From a virus (Duplodnaviria > Caudoviricetes): 30,986 bases of DNA. Position numbers and translations under genes: made by a program. The stretch covers positions 1-30,986 of the IMG/VR virus record IMGVR_UViG_3300025084_000127; one strand, 5' to 3'. The first letter of the stretch is position 1, and each line of letters begins with the position of its first letter. The notes beneath the pieces are model-generated. The model was not told the DNA's origin. It worked only from the letters and a program-made list of their open reading frames with translations, and made no database searches. Shown here piece after piece: positions 19,135 through 26,890 of this stretch.

Positions 19135-19157
19135 GAACCCTCCATTTGTGAGGGTTT
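19135..19157. terminator. Hairpin after mazG (possible terminator)
   Basis: GAACCCTC-catttgt-GAGGGTTT with only short A/T flanks. Confidence 0.4.
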
Positions 19158-19192
19158 CGTGATAATATAGATCTGTCAGCAACGAACTGCCA

Positions 19193-19390
19193 ATGATCAA
19201 CCTACATGAAAAATTTAATCACTACCTCCATACTAACAAGACACCTGATTGTGGAAATATTGACGATAGCTTGATTGGGTATGGTTGGCGTGATGATGGT
19301 AAAAAAATTGTAGGATACTATCTCTTAACCAAACGGCACAGACACCACTACACCTTGACTGATCAGTATGTTGGTAAAGAATCTAACTAA
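19193..19390 (+). CDS. Small hypothetical protein
   Basis: 65-aa ORF filling the gap between two hairpins. Confidence 0.6.
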   Translation: MINLHEKFNHYLHTNKTPDCGNIDDSLIGYGWRDDGKKIVGYYLLTKRHRHHYTLTDQYVGKESN

Positions 19391-19395
19391 CTTTT

Positions 19396-19429
19396 ATACC
19401 TCCTCTAAATACTAGGGGAGGTATTTTTT
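19396..19429 (+). promoter_or_regulatory. Terminator / SD-sequestering hairpin carrying a late promoter (TAAATA)
   Basis: ATACCTCCTCTA-aatac-TAGGGGAGGTAT plus T-tract. TAAATA 19406-19411; SD GGAGG 19417-19421 lies in the 3' arm. Confidence 0.75.
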
Positions 19430-20473
19430 ATGGCAGAAAATATTAGTGCTGACGTTAACGAACTGCACTGTGCCTGGTATCTTAATGGCAAGTCTTGGAC
19501 TGGTGGACTAGATTCTACCGACAAGGCAGTTTATGATGATCGCGTAGAAAAATTATCTAAAAAACCTGATGAACTGAAGGCTCGTATTGCTCAAGCAGAA
19601 GTCATGGCAGACAAGTTTGTGGAGTGGGCTGGTAAACATGGATATACTGGTGTAGATGAGGTATATTGGACTGCCAAATCGTCTTTTAACTATAGAAGTT
19701 TACCTGGTAAGTATAGTTCTTCTTATGTGTCGGAGAGTAAGAACAACCCTACTGATGTACTTGTCAAATTTAAATCTTCTACCAGGTATGCTGATCCATA
19801 TCTAGGATTATCTGCTAAATCTTTGCTCAAAACACTGACTCAAGAGGCACCTGTTAAGAACCCAGGCATGGGCAAGATTGAAGAGTTTATCAAACAACCT
19901 GGAGTCTTTCAGAAACTGTTAGAACAAGGAGTTGCAGCTGCACATAAAGAGTCTAGTGTGCCTTATGCTGGTAAGTATTTGAATAAAGATGAAATTAAAA
20001 GACTACTTAAACCAACAAAGCAAAATAAGAAGGGTGATCCTGATTGGTTGATAGTCAATCAAAAATATACTAAACAAATTCTTGGTGGATGTAGAGACAT
20101 TTTGAAGGATGCATTCACCAAGATGGGTGACATTGATATCAAAATGTATATTTTGGATGAGTTGCTTGACACAGATAAGTTACCCAAGTATGTCAAGGTG
20201 ACTGGTAGATCTGATAAAACTATAACAAACGTTCAGGCAACAGTTGATGACCCACTAGGCAATGCAAAGTTTGATGCACTGGTTAAAAAGAATAAACCAC
20301 TTAAGTATGAGAACCTAGGTGGTGATGATGGTTATACTATTGGTGTTAAGGCAGGTGAAAAACAAATTGTCCAGATCAGATTTAAGTTCTCTGGTACACA
20401 ACTAGCAACAGGACTAAAGATGAGTGTTGCTCCTTGGCCTGGTTCTATAGAGAAAGGGATTGAGTCAGACTGA
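19430..20473 (+). CDS. Hypothetical protein, putative PD-(D/E)xK-like endonuclease
   Basis: 347-aa Lys-rich ORF with DVNE...NPTDVLV...GLSAK motif spacing. Function is inferred. Confidence 0.55.
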   Translation: MAENISADVNELHCAWYLNGKSWTGGLDSTDKAVYDDRVEKLSKKPDELKARIAQAEVMADKFVEWAGKHGYTGVDEVYWTAKSSFNYRSLPGKYSSSYVSESKNNPTDVLVKFKSSTRYADPYLGLSAKSLLKTLTQEAPVKNPGMGKIEEFIKQPGVFQKLLEQGVAAAHKESSVPYAGKYLNKDEIKRLLKPTKQNKKGDPDWLIVNQKYTKQILGGCRDILKDAFTKMGDIDIKMYILDELLDTDKLPKYVKVTGRSDKTITNVQATVDDPLGNAKFDALVKKNKPLKYENLGGDDGYTIGVKAGEKQIVQIRFKFSGTQLATGLKMSVAPWPGSIEKGIESD

Positions 20474-21666
20474 TGTCAAATATTAAACAGCTTAAGCACC
20501 TAGAGCATCTAGAAGATGAGATGTTGAACTATGGCACCGAGGGGTGTGAGGCAGCAGTATCTTTCTTGAAAGAACTCCGTAAAATGTTGGGTCATCAGGA
20601 GAGTGGTGGTTTCATGCAAACTAAATGGGATGGTGCTCCGTCTGTTATATGTGGTGTGCATCCAGAGCATGGGTACTTCTTTGTAGGAACCAAGTCGGTA
20701 TTTAATAAGACTGAACCAAAGATCTGTGCATCAGAAGCAAAGATTGACATGCTGTATCAGGGAGACTTGGCAGAAAAACTAAAGTTCTCTTTGAGATACT
20801 TTAGTGAACTAGGTATCAAGGGTGTGGTGCAAGGAGACCTGTTATTTACCAGTGATCTAAAGACAGAGACAGTTGATGGAGAGAGACTGTATACATTCAG
20901 ACCTAATACTATTACATATGGTATACCTGTAGATCATCCTATTGGAAAGGCAGCAAAGACTGCTAAAATAGGCGTAGTATTCCACACGCATTACACTGGT
21001 AATATTTTATCAGAGATGCAAGCAAGAGCTGGTGCTGATATTACTGGTTCTTCTGATGCATTGGTGATTAAAAATGACACACCAATGGATCGAGTTGGTT
21101 TTAGTCAAACAGAATTACAACGCTTTGATAGACATGTACAAAAGATCGAACGCATGTGCTCTATTGCTGGTAAGTTTCTTGACAATCTTGTCTCTAATAT
21201 GGGTAACAAAGGTGATGCAAAGTTCCACATCTCCACCTTCATCAAACAGTTCTTCAATTCAGAAGTTAGAGCTGGGACTCAAATTACGAACGTGGACGAG
21301 ACGATCTACTCACTGATAAACTTCTATGATGAGAAGATGCAGAAGGAGTTAGCAAAGATCAAGACAGTTGCTAACAGAACAAAGAAGTGTGCGCTGGTGT
21401 ATGAGAGTCAGAACTATCTCCTAGATAATGTCTATAACTTTAAGACTATGATTGCTCTTTATAAAGAGATTCAAGATTTAAAACAAATGGTTATAGATAA
21501 ACTGGACCACCTAGAAGAGTTCCGAACCTATGTCCAGACAGAGAATGGATATAAGGTGACGACACCTGAAGGATATGTTCTTCATAAAGATGGTAGTATG
21601 ATTAAATTTGTTAATAGATTTGAGTTTGCATTCAATAACTTCACTCTACAAAAACAATGGCGTTAA
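20473..21666 (+). CDS. Conserved cyanophage protein (DUF6267-like) with covalent nucleotidyltransferase (ligase-like) motifs
   Basis: KWDG (motif I), QGDLLF (III), EGYV (IV), IKFV (V). Confidence 0.75.
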   Translation: MSNIKQLKHLEHLEDEMLNYGTEGCEAAVSFLKELRKMLGHQESGGFMQTKWDGAPSVICGVHPEHGYFFVGTKSVFNKTEPKICASEAKIDMLYQGDLAEKLKFSLRYFSELGIKGVVQGDLLFTSDLKTETVDGERLYTFRPNTITYGIPVDHPIGKAAKTAKIGVVFHTHYTGNILSEMQARAGADITGSSDALVIKNDTPMDRVGFSQTELQRFDRHVQKIERMCSIAGKFLDNLVSNMGNKGDAKFHISTFIKQFFNSEVRAGTQITNVDETIYSLINFYDEKMQKELAKIKTVANRTKKCALVYESQNYLLDNVYNFKTMIALYKEIQDLKQMVIDKLDHLEEFRTYVQTENGYKVTTPEGYVLHKDGSMIKFVNRFEFAFNNFTLQKQWR

Positions 21667-22220
21667 ATTGTAAGACCTGCTACTTTACGTTTGGCAGATT
21701 CCAACCACCTACTACTGGACACAAAGATAACTTTGATGGAGTGAAACGTGCAGCAGGACGACATGATTATCGCATTTATATTTCTCAATCCCACGACACT
21801 AAAGGAAAGAATCCCCTCTCACCTGATCGTAAACTATTCTACATGGAGAAGATGTTCCCAGAGCATAAGGGTAAGATCTTTTCGGGTCCTAAACAACCCG
21901 TGGAGATCCTACAGGAGCTTATGATGCATGGGTATAATGAGGCAGTGTTCCTTGTAGGTTCTGATAGAGTGAACGCCATGTCATTCCTCCATAAATATAA
22001 CGGAACAGAATTTTCTTTCCGCAAGATTGAAATTAAATCTTCAGGTAGCAGAGATGCTGATGGAGATACCTTTGCTATTTCTGGAACGAAGATGAGACGT
22101 GCAGCATTTAAAGCCGACTTCAAAACATTCAGGGCTGGTATACCCAGAGCACTGAATGATAAAGATTGTATGGCAATGATGATGGAGATAAAAGCAAATC
22201 TACCTGCAAATTTTAAATGA
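21657..22220 (+). CDS. Cytidylyltransferase-like (HIGH-superfamily) nucleotidyltransferase
   Basis: FGRFQPPTTGH, VGSDR, ISGTKMR. Confidence 0.88.
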   Translation: MALNCKTCYFTFGRFQPPTTGHKDNFDGVKRAAGRHDYRIYISQSHDTKGKNPLSPDRKLFYMEKMFPEHKGKIFSGPKQPVEILQELMMHGYNEAVFLVGSDRVNAMSFLHKYNGTEFSFRKIEIKSSGSRDADGDTFAISGTKMRRAAFKADFKTFRAGIPRALNDKDCMAMMMEIKANLPANFK

Positions 22221-22492
22221 AAGATTTCAAAAAATTGAGAGAGCAGGCAGTTCGCCAACAACATAGACAAACTGATACCTTTGCTGAAGGTGATGTTGTT
22301 ATGAATGCATTGACTGGGCAGAAGGGTGTTATACATCGGTCTGGAGTCAACTATGTTATTGCAATTACAGAGTCTGGTGAGATGTTTAGAGCGTGGGTAA
22401 AAGACATCCGCGCTGTACAAGTAATTGATACCATAAATAAAGACAGGAAAAGTAGTATTTTCAATAATGGAAAGACAGAAACCAGTCAATAG
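22217..22492 (+). CDS. Hypothetical protein (SH3-like beta-rich)
   Basis: ATGA overlap with the previous gene. FAEGDVV...GQKGVIHRSGVNYVI...AWVKDI. Confidence 0.75.
   Translation: MKDFKKLREQAVRQQHRQTDTFAEGDVVMNALTGQKGVIHRSGVNYVIAITESGEMFRAWVKDIRAVQVIDTINKDRKSSIFNNGKTETSQ
22432..22439 (+). promoter_or_regulatory. Late (gp55) promoter
   Basis: CATAAATA, 27 nt upstream of the 22467 ATG. Confidence 0.6.
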
Positions 22493-23345
22493 TGTGCAGC
22501 ATAATGATGCCTATTCCCAGGCACTTATCAATTCTTATTCCAAGTGGATGGGTGGAGAAGGATTCCAACAGTCTACTATCAGTGAAGAGGCTGCTACCAT
22601 CCCCGCACCAGAGAAGAAAGAACTAGGAGCTCCTGGTCCTGCTGGTGGTGCTGATGCATCTACTTCTATCCCTGACCTTTCTGGTAAGGAAAAGAAAGAG
22701 GATGACTTCTCCACTAAAGACCCTAAAGCAAACGCTGCTCCCCCTGATCCTGCTGCTAACCTACGTACAGGTCAAGGCATGAAGTATTCTGTTGGTGCAG
22801 AAATTAGAGATACTACAAAGGTTGTTGCTCGTGAAGAGACTGAAGACCTAGAAGAGAAGAATGGTCTCTATGCTAACATCCATGCTAAAAAGAAGCGTGG
22901 TGAAGCACCTGCAAAGAAAGGTAGTAAGGACTATCCTGCTGCTGATGCCTTCACTAAATCTGCAAAGACTGCCAAGAAAGAGTCACTCTCTTTTGAACTA
23001 GGTGGTGAGACATACATCTTTGAAGTTAAGATGGATGGTAAAGATGACAACGGCAATACCTCTTGCTGGAAAGGATATAAGAAGCAAGGCACCAAGAAGA
23101 AAGGTGGTAAGGAAGTTAACAACTGTGTCAAGGCAGGGTTTGAACCCACTGGCGAAGAGATCAAAGAGAAGAAACTTGATCCCGTAGGCAAGGAAGACAA
23201 GGACATCGACAATGATGGTGACCATGATAAGTCTGACAAGTATCTTCTAGCACGTCGCAAGAAGGTCTCCAAGATCATCAACACCAGCAAGAAGATGAAG
23301 GAGCAAGCAGAACTTCGTAAGGAGATCGAAGAAGAAAAAAAGTAA
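22467..23345 (+). CDS. Charged, modular probable head-internal/core protein (short form)
   Basis: 292-aa Lys/Glu-rich ORF after a late promoter, with a DxDxDG motif. Ends at A_AAA_AAG_TAA. Confidence 0.85.
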   Translation: MERQKPVNSVQHNDAYSQALINSYSKWMGGEGFQQSTISEEAATIPAPEKKELGAPGPAGGADASTSIPDLSGKEKKEDDFSTKDPKANAAPPDPAANLRTGQGMKYSVGAEIRDTTKVVAREETEDLEEKNGLYANIHAKKKRGEAPAKKGSKDYPAADAFTKSAKTAKKESLSFELGGETYIFEVKMDGKDDNGNTSCWKGYKKQGTKKKGGKEVNNCVKAGFEPTGEEIKEKKLDPVGKEDKDIDNDGDHDKSDKYLLARRKKVSKIINTSKKMKEQAELRKEIEEEKK

Positions 23346-23374
23346 ATGAGGCTTGCGGATGTGACGACAAGCCT
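23319..23374 (+). other. Programmed -1 ribosomal frameshift signal
   Basis: SD-like AAGGAG 23319-23324, slippery A AAA AAG 23336-23342, 6-nt spacer, stem AGGCTTG/CAAGCCT 23349-23374. Confidence 0.75.
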
Positions 23375-23503
23375 GCAAAGAAAGGCGCAACCGTTGAAAT
23401 AATGCCTGACATTAAAGACGGTGCTGCTGAAGATAAAGAGAATAACAAGAAGAATAAAAAGTATATTCTCAAGGCAATGAAGAGTCAGAAAAAGGCGGAC
23501 TAA
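23342..23503 (+). CDS. 53-aa -1 frame extension of the 22467 protein
   Basis: VNEACGCDDKPAKKGATVEIMPDIKDGAAEDKENNKKNKKYILKAMKSQKKAD*. No start codon near its 5' end; fills the intergenic gap. Confidence 0.7.
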   Translation, partial: VNEACGCDDKPAKKGATVEIMPDIKDGAAEDKENNKKNKKYILKAMKSQKKAD

Positions 23504-23526
23504 ATACAGGGGCATACTATGCCCCT
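23500..23526 (+). promoter_or_regulatory. Late promoter (CTAAATA) followed by a 5' hairpin
   Basis: CTAAATA 23500-23506, then AGGGGCA-tacta-TGCCCCT. Confidence 0.55.
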
Positions 23527-23532
23527 AAAATC

Positions 23533-23733
23533 ATGCTAGCATTTCTACTTCCACTCGCATCAAAAATTATCAAAGATGCAGTTGCAAATATTCCAGAGAA
23601 TGAGGAACTTGGTGAGAAGATGGTTGAGATCTGTCTTGTTATTCTTGCTAAAGCAGTTAAGTTGACCAAGACTGATATGGATGATCAACTTCTTGAAGTT
23701 GTTTCAGCAGCAATTAAGAATAGAGAAGAGTGA
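23533..23733 (+). CDS. Conserved small cyanophage hypothetical protein
   Basis: MLAFLLPLASKII...AVKLTKTDMDDQLL, between a late promoter and a terminator. Confidence 0.8.
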   Translation: MLAFLLPLASKIIKDAVANIPENEELGEKMVEICLVILAKAVKLTKTDMDDQLLEVVSAAIKNREE

Positions 23734-23740
23734 TAATATT

Positions 23741-23770
23741 GGGAGGGGTATAGTGCCTCTCCCTTTTTTT
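23741..23770 (+). terminator. Intrinsic terminator
   Basis: GGGAGGGG...CCTCTCCC followed by T7. Confidence 0.85.
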
Positions 23771-23777
23771 ATAAATA
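23770..23777 (+). promoter_or_regulatory. T4-consensus late promoter
   Basis: TATAAATA directly after the terminator. Confidence 0.8.
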
Positions 23778-23809
23778 ATATGAGAATCGAATAGTCTACT
23801 GGAGATCCA

Positions 23810-24391
23810 ATGTCCCTATACGGAAGCACGGATAGCAACGCCAACAAAGCCAAAGCAGGCATTGGAGTTGCTGCATCCTCACAAGCAAAGCAAACAATTT
23901 TTATTGACGATACTGAAGCAGCTCTTCCCGAGAATAAGGCTCGTGGTTTGAATGCTCCTGGTTGGTGGTCATACTATACCTTCACTGACTGTGATGGTAA
24001 CACCCGCCATAAGGCAGAGATGCTAGTCACTATCGCTGGTCCCGAAACTAACGCTAACGAGACCCAGGCTGATGACGCTGCAGCAGCAGATGAAAGTGTA
24101 ATCATTGACATCCAGACACAACCAGCAGATACTGCTGTTGCTGTTGGTGCTGCTCTATCACTGGTACTCGCTGCCACCGCTACCCCACCTGCAGATGCAT
24201 CTGTTCTCACCTATCAGTGGCAGAAGTTGTCTGAATCTTCACGTTGGGCAAACGTTTCTGGAGAGACTGGAACTACACTTGATATTGGTACATATGCTGC
24301 TACTGACGCTGGTTCATACCGTGTCAAGATCAACTCTACCAACGGTGCTGCTGAAGTTATCTCCGCTACCGCAGTAGTTACTACTGCCTAA
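23810..24391 (+). CDS. Probable virion surface protein with a C-terminal Ig-like domain
   Basis: QPADTAV...LTYQWQK...TLDI...TDAGSYRVKI Ig motif. SD GGAG and a late promoter upstream. Confidence 0.8.
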   Translation: MSLYGSTDSNANKAKAGIGVAASSQAKQTIFIDDTEAALPENKARGLNAPGWWSYYTFTDCDGNTRHKAEMLVTIAGPETNANETQADDAAAADESVIIDIQTQPADTAVAVGAALSLVLAATATPPADASVLTYQWQKLSESSRWANVSGETGTTLDIGTYAATDAGSYRVKINSTNGAAEVISATAVVTTA

Positions 24392-24397
24392 TGATAC

Positions 24398-24754
24398 ATG
24401 AAGTTCGATGAGTTGAACCAGGACAACTGGTTAATGTTTGCTATACGTAATTATAATAACCCGAACTCCGCTACGTATGATGACTTTAAAAAAGATCTAA
24501 ATAAGATCAAGTGCGTCAAACGTTTATTTCGTCGTTATGAAATGCACGGTGAGTTGAAAGTTCATCTCATTTTAAATCATATCATCGTCATGTACAATGT
24601 ATTTGATGATGCTGCAACGCCTCTATTGTTCTATAAAATAGAGGCGAAACACTGGTCAAAATTAAAAGCTTTTATGTTGACCCTTAACCGCTTACCAGAA
24701 AGTCTAAACCTCGACGTTGATCAAGAATGTCTGAAGAATCTAAATCTACTGTAA
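24398..24754 (+). CDS. Conserved T4-like phage hypothetical protein
   Basis: MKFDELNQDNWLMFAIRNYNNP...LILNHIIVMYNVF. Confidence 0.85.
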   Translation: MKFDELNQDNWLMFAIRNYNNPNSATYDDFKKDLNKIKCVKRLFRRYEMHGELKVHLILNHIIVMYNVFDDAATPLLFYKIEAKHWSKLKAFMLTLNRLPESLNLDVDQECLKNLNLL

Positions 24755-25446
24755 ATGAAATGATGGCTGGTGATGGCGCTGCTTTGTCAATGCCACCTGC
24801 TTTCGTGTTTGTTAATCCAAAGTCTCAACGTAGATATAAGAAAGCCAATCAAGACAAGGTAGATGGTCGCACCAAGGGTGCAAAAACAATGCTCTCTCGT
24901 ATACAGTCCCGCAAGAAAATGAAAGAAGAACTAGATACTCAAATTGTAGAAGCTGCTCCTTCTGAAACAGAAAGAGCGCAGAAACAAATCGGTCAGATGA
25001 AAAAACTAGGCCGTTCTAAAGATCTGCAAAAGAAAAGGGACGAAGCGAAGAAAAAAATGCAGTCCAAGACGAAAGAAATGGACGTGCTAATGAAAGCTCG
25101 TATGTCTGACTTTAAAAAGAAGGCATCCGATCAAACATCTAAACTTAAAAAAGAAGAAACTGAAGTGACTACTGACATGATTACTGAATCCACTGCACAA
25201 CAAGATGCTCTAGACGTTGCACTCCAAGTTGCAACCTCCGAACTCAATCCTTCTGGTGAGTCTTCCTTTGCGAAGATTACATTTGGTGATGGATCGCAAC
25301 AGAACCTTGATAATTTTTCTGCAAAAAGAATTGCTGCATGTTATGCACAACTTCCTAATGAGCAGGCAACACAGTTCCGTTACATGTTGAATAAAGATGC
25401 TTCGACCTATCAGTCGGCATTGGATTTCGCTGTAAGGAATGTATAA
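24727..25446 (+). CDS. Hypothetical charged protein, possibly head-internal
   Basis: 239-aa ORF containing VDGRTK and Lys/Glu-rich segments. Start uncertain. Confidence 0.75.
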   Translation: MSEESKSTVNEMMAGDGAALSMPPAFVFVNPKSQRRYKKANQDKVDGRTKGAKTMLSRIQSRKKMKEELDTQIVEAAPSETERAQKQIGQMKKLGRSKDLQKKRDEAKKKMQSKTKEMDVLMKARMSDFKKKASDQTSKLKKEETEVTTDMITESTAQQDALDVALQVATSELNPSGESSFAKITFGDGSQQNLDNFSAKRIAACYAQLPNEQATQFRYMLNKDASTYQSALDFAVRNV

Positions 25447-25449
25447 ATA
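25442..25449 (+). promoter_or_regulatory. T4-consensus late promoter
   Basis: TATAAATA. Confidence 0.75.
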
Positions 25450-25482
25450 TTAAGTATAATTACGCACATTGGATTGTAGTAT

Positions 25483-25941
25483 ATGGCGTTCGGTCTTGGT
25501 AGATTAGCAGTATTAGAAAGTAAACTGAACATTTATGAAGATCTCTCCAAAGAGATGCTTGACAAGCTTGAAAGAGCAGTAGGTACAATCTCTGATAACA
25601 GTAACAAGATTGCTGTAATCTTGGAGCGCCATGAAAATCGTCTGGATGAATCCGAACGTGCCGATAAACTCATCATCGGTATGCTTGAGGAGATGAAGGT
25701 ACGGCATGAAAAAGATAATGAAGTTTTGCACGAGAGAATTTCTTCAGTGCAAAAGAAAGTAGATGTTAATGCAAAGTTTGTCATCGGTGCAGGAGCAGTG
25801 ATTGCAACTGTTGTGACAGTGATGCAAGTGGTTCCAAATTTTGTCAAAACATTGACAGCCACACCAGTATCTGGTATCATGGATGTAGTGATCGACCAAG
25901 TTGATGAGTTACCTGGACAGCAAATACGTAAGTTTAGTTAG
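25483..25941 (+). CDS. Coiled-coil protein with one predicted transmembrane segment
   Basis: Heptad-rich N-terminus, hydrophobic FVIGAGAVIATVVTVMQVV. Confidence 0.75.
   Translation: MAFGLGRLAVLESKLNIYEDLSKEMLDKLERAVGTISDNSNKIAVILERHENRLDESERADKLIIGMLEEMKVRHEKDNEVLHERISSVQKKVDVNAKFVIGAGAVIATVVTVMQVVPNFVKTLTATPVSGIMDVVIDQVDELPGQQIRKFS
25852..25880 (+). promoter_or_regulatory. Sigma70-type promoter for g61-nrdAB, inside the upstream ORF
   Basis: TTGACA, 17 nt, TATCAT. Confidence 0.75.
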
Positions 25942-26890
25942 TCCACAACTGCAGAAGTTTACCAAGAAAAAGGAGCACCTGTATAACTTCAGGTGTCCCT
26001 ATTGTGGTGACAGTAAAAAAAAGAAGAACCTAGCGCGTGGGTATATCTTTCGTGTGAAAACTGATTACGTTTACAAATGCCACAACTGTGGTGTTGGTAG
26101 GACCTTCACTAATTTTTTGAAAGATCAAAGCCCTGGTCTTTACAATGAATATGTCATGGAAAGATACCGTGATGGGTTGACTGGCAAGGGAACACAAACT
26201 CCTTCACCGAAGTTTGATTTTAAAAAACCAGTCTTCAAATCTTCTCTTAATTTACAGAAGATTTCGGAGCTAAATAACTCTCACCCCGCCCGTCAATATC
26301 TAGAGCAACGCAAAATTAAAGACCTGGATTATTTCCTTTACTGTCCTAAATTTAAAGAGTGGACCAACAGTCAAACGCCTACATTCGATGACATGAGAGG
26401 CGATGGTCCACGTATTATTCTGCCACTATACACAGCAGATAAAGTAATGTTTGGTTACCAAGGTAGATCACTCTCCCCCAGAACCAAGTTGCGATACATT
26501 ACTATCATACTAGACGAATCGCAACCTAAAATATTTGGCCTCGATAAAATAAATCCTAATGAAAGAGTCTACATCACTGAAGGACCGTTTGACAGCACGT
26601 TCATTCGCAACTCGATTGCTATGTGTGGAAGTGACGTTCATGTCCCTGATCGGATTGCTAGCGATTGCTGCTACGTATACGATAACGAACCGAGAAATAG
26701 AGAGATCGTCAATCGAGTCAGTAAAACAATCGATTCAGGCAACTCCGTAGTTATCTGGCCGTCATCGATTACACACAAAGACATCAACGACATGTACCTT
26801 GCTGGACATGACGTGCAGCATATGGTAGAATCAAATACCTACCGTGGACTGGAAGCTAAACTTAAACTGAACACATGGAAGAAAGTATGA
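25904..26890 (+). CDS. g61: DNA primase gp61
   Basis: Zinc finger CPYCGDS...CHNC, TOPRIM EGPFDS, YDNEPRN, KDINDM. Confidence 0.96.
   Translation: MSYLDSKYVSLVSPQLQKFTKKKEHLYNFRCPYCGDSKKKKNLARGYIFRVKTDYVYKCHNCGVGRTFTNFLKDQSPGLYNEYVMERYRDGLTGKGTQTPSPKFDFKKPVFKSSLNLQKISELNNSHPARQYLEQRKIKDLDYFLYCPKFKEWTNSQTPTFDDMRGDGPRIILPLYTADKVMFGYQGRSLSPRTKLRYITIILDESQPKIFGLDKINPNERVYITEGPFDSTFIRNSIAMCGSDVHVPDRIASDCCYVYDNEPRNREIVNRVSKTIDSGNSVVIWPSSITHKDINDMYLAGHDVQHMVESNTYRGLEAKLKLNTWKKV

Noticed and set aside
21990-21997. Intragenic CATAAATA and other scattered TAAATA hexamers (e.g. near 310, 1246, 26271)
   Set aside because: Expected by chance in AT-rich coding DNA and not positioned just before a gene start.
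23346-23402. ATG directly after the 22467 stop (MRLADVTTSLQRKAQPLK)
   Set aside because: Only 18 aa and leaves the gap unexplained. The -1 frame fits better.
26014-26023. A-run ending in AAAAAAG within the primase gene
   Set aside because: Encodes a Lys run in a conserved continuous ORF; I saw no stimulatory hairpin or sign of a useful alternative product.
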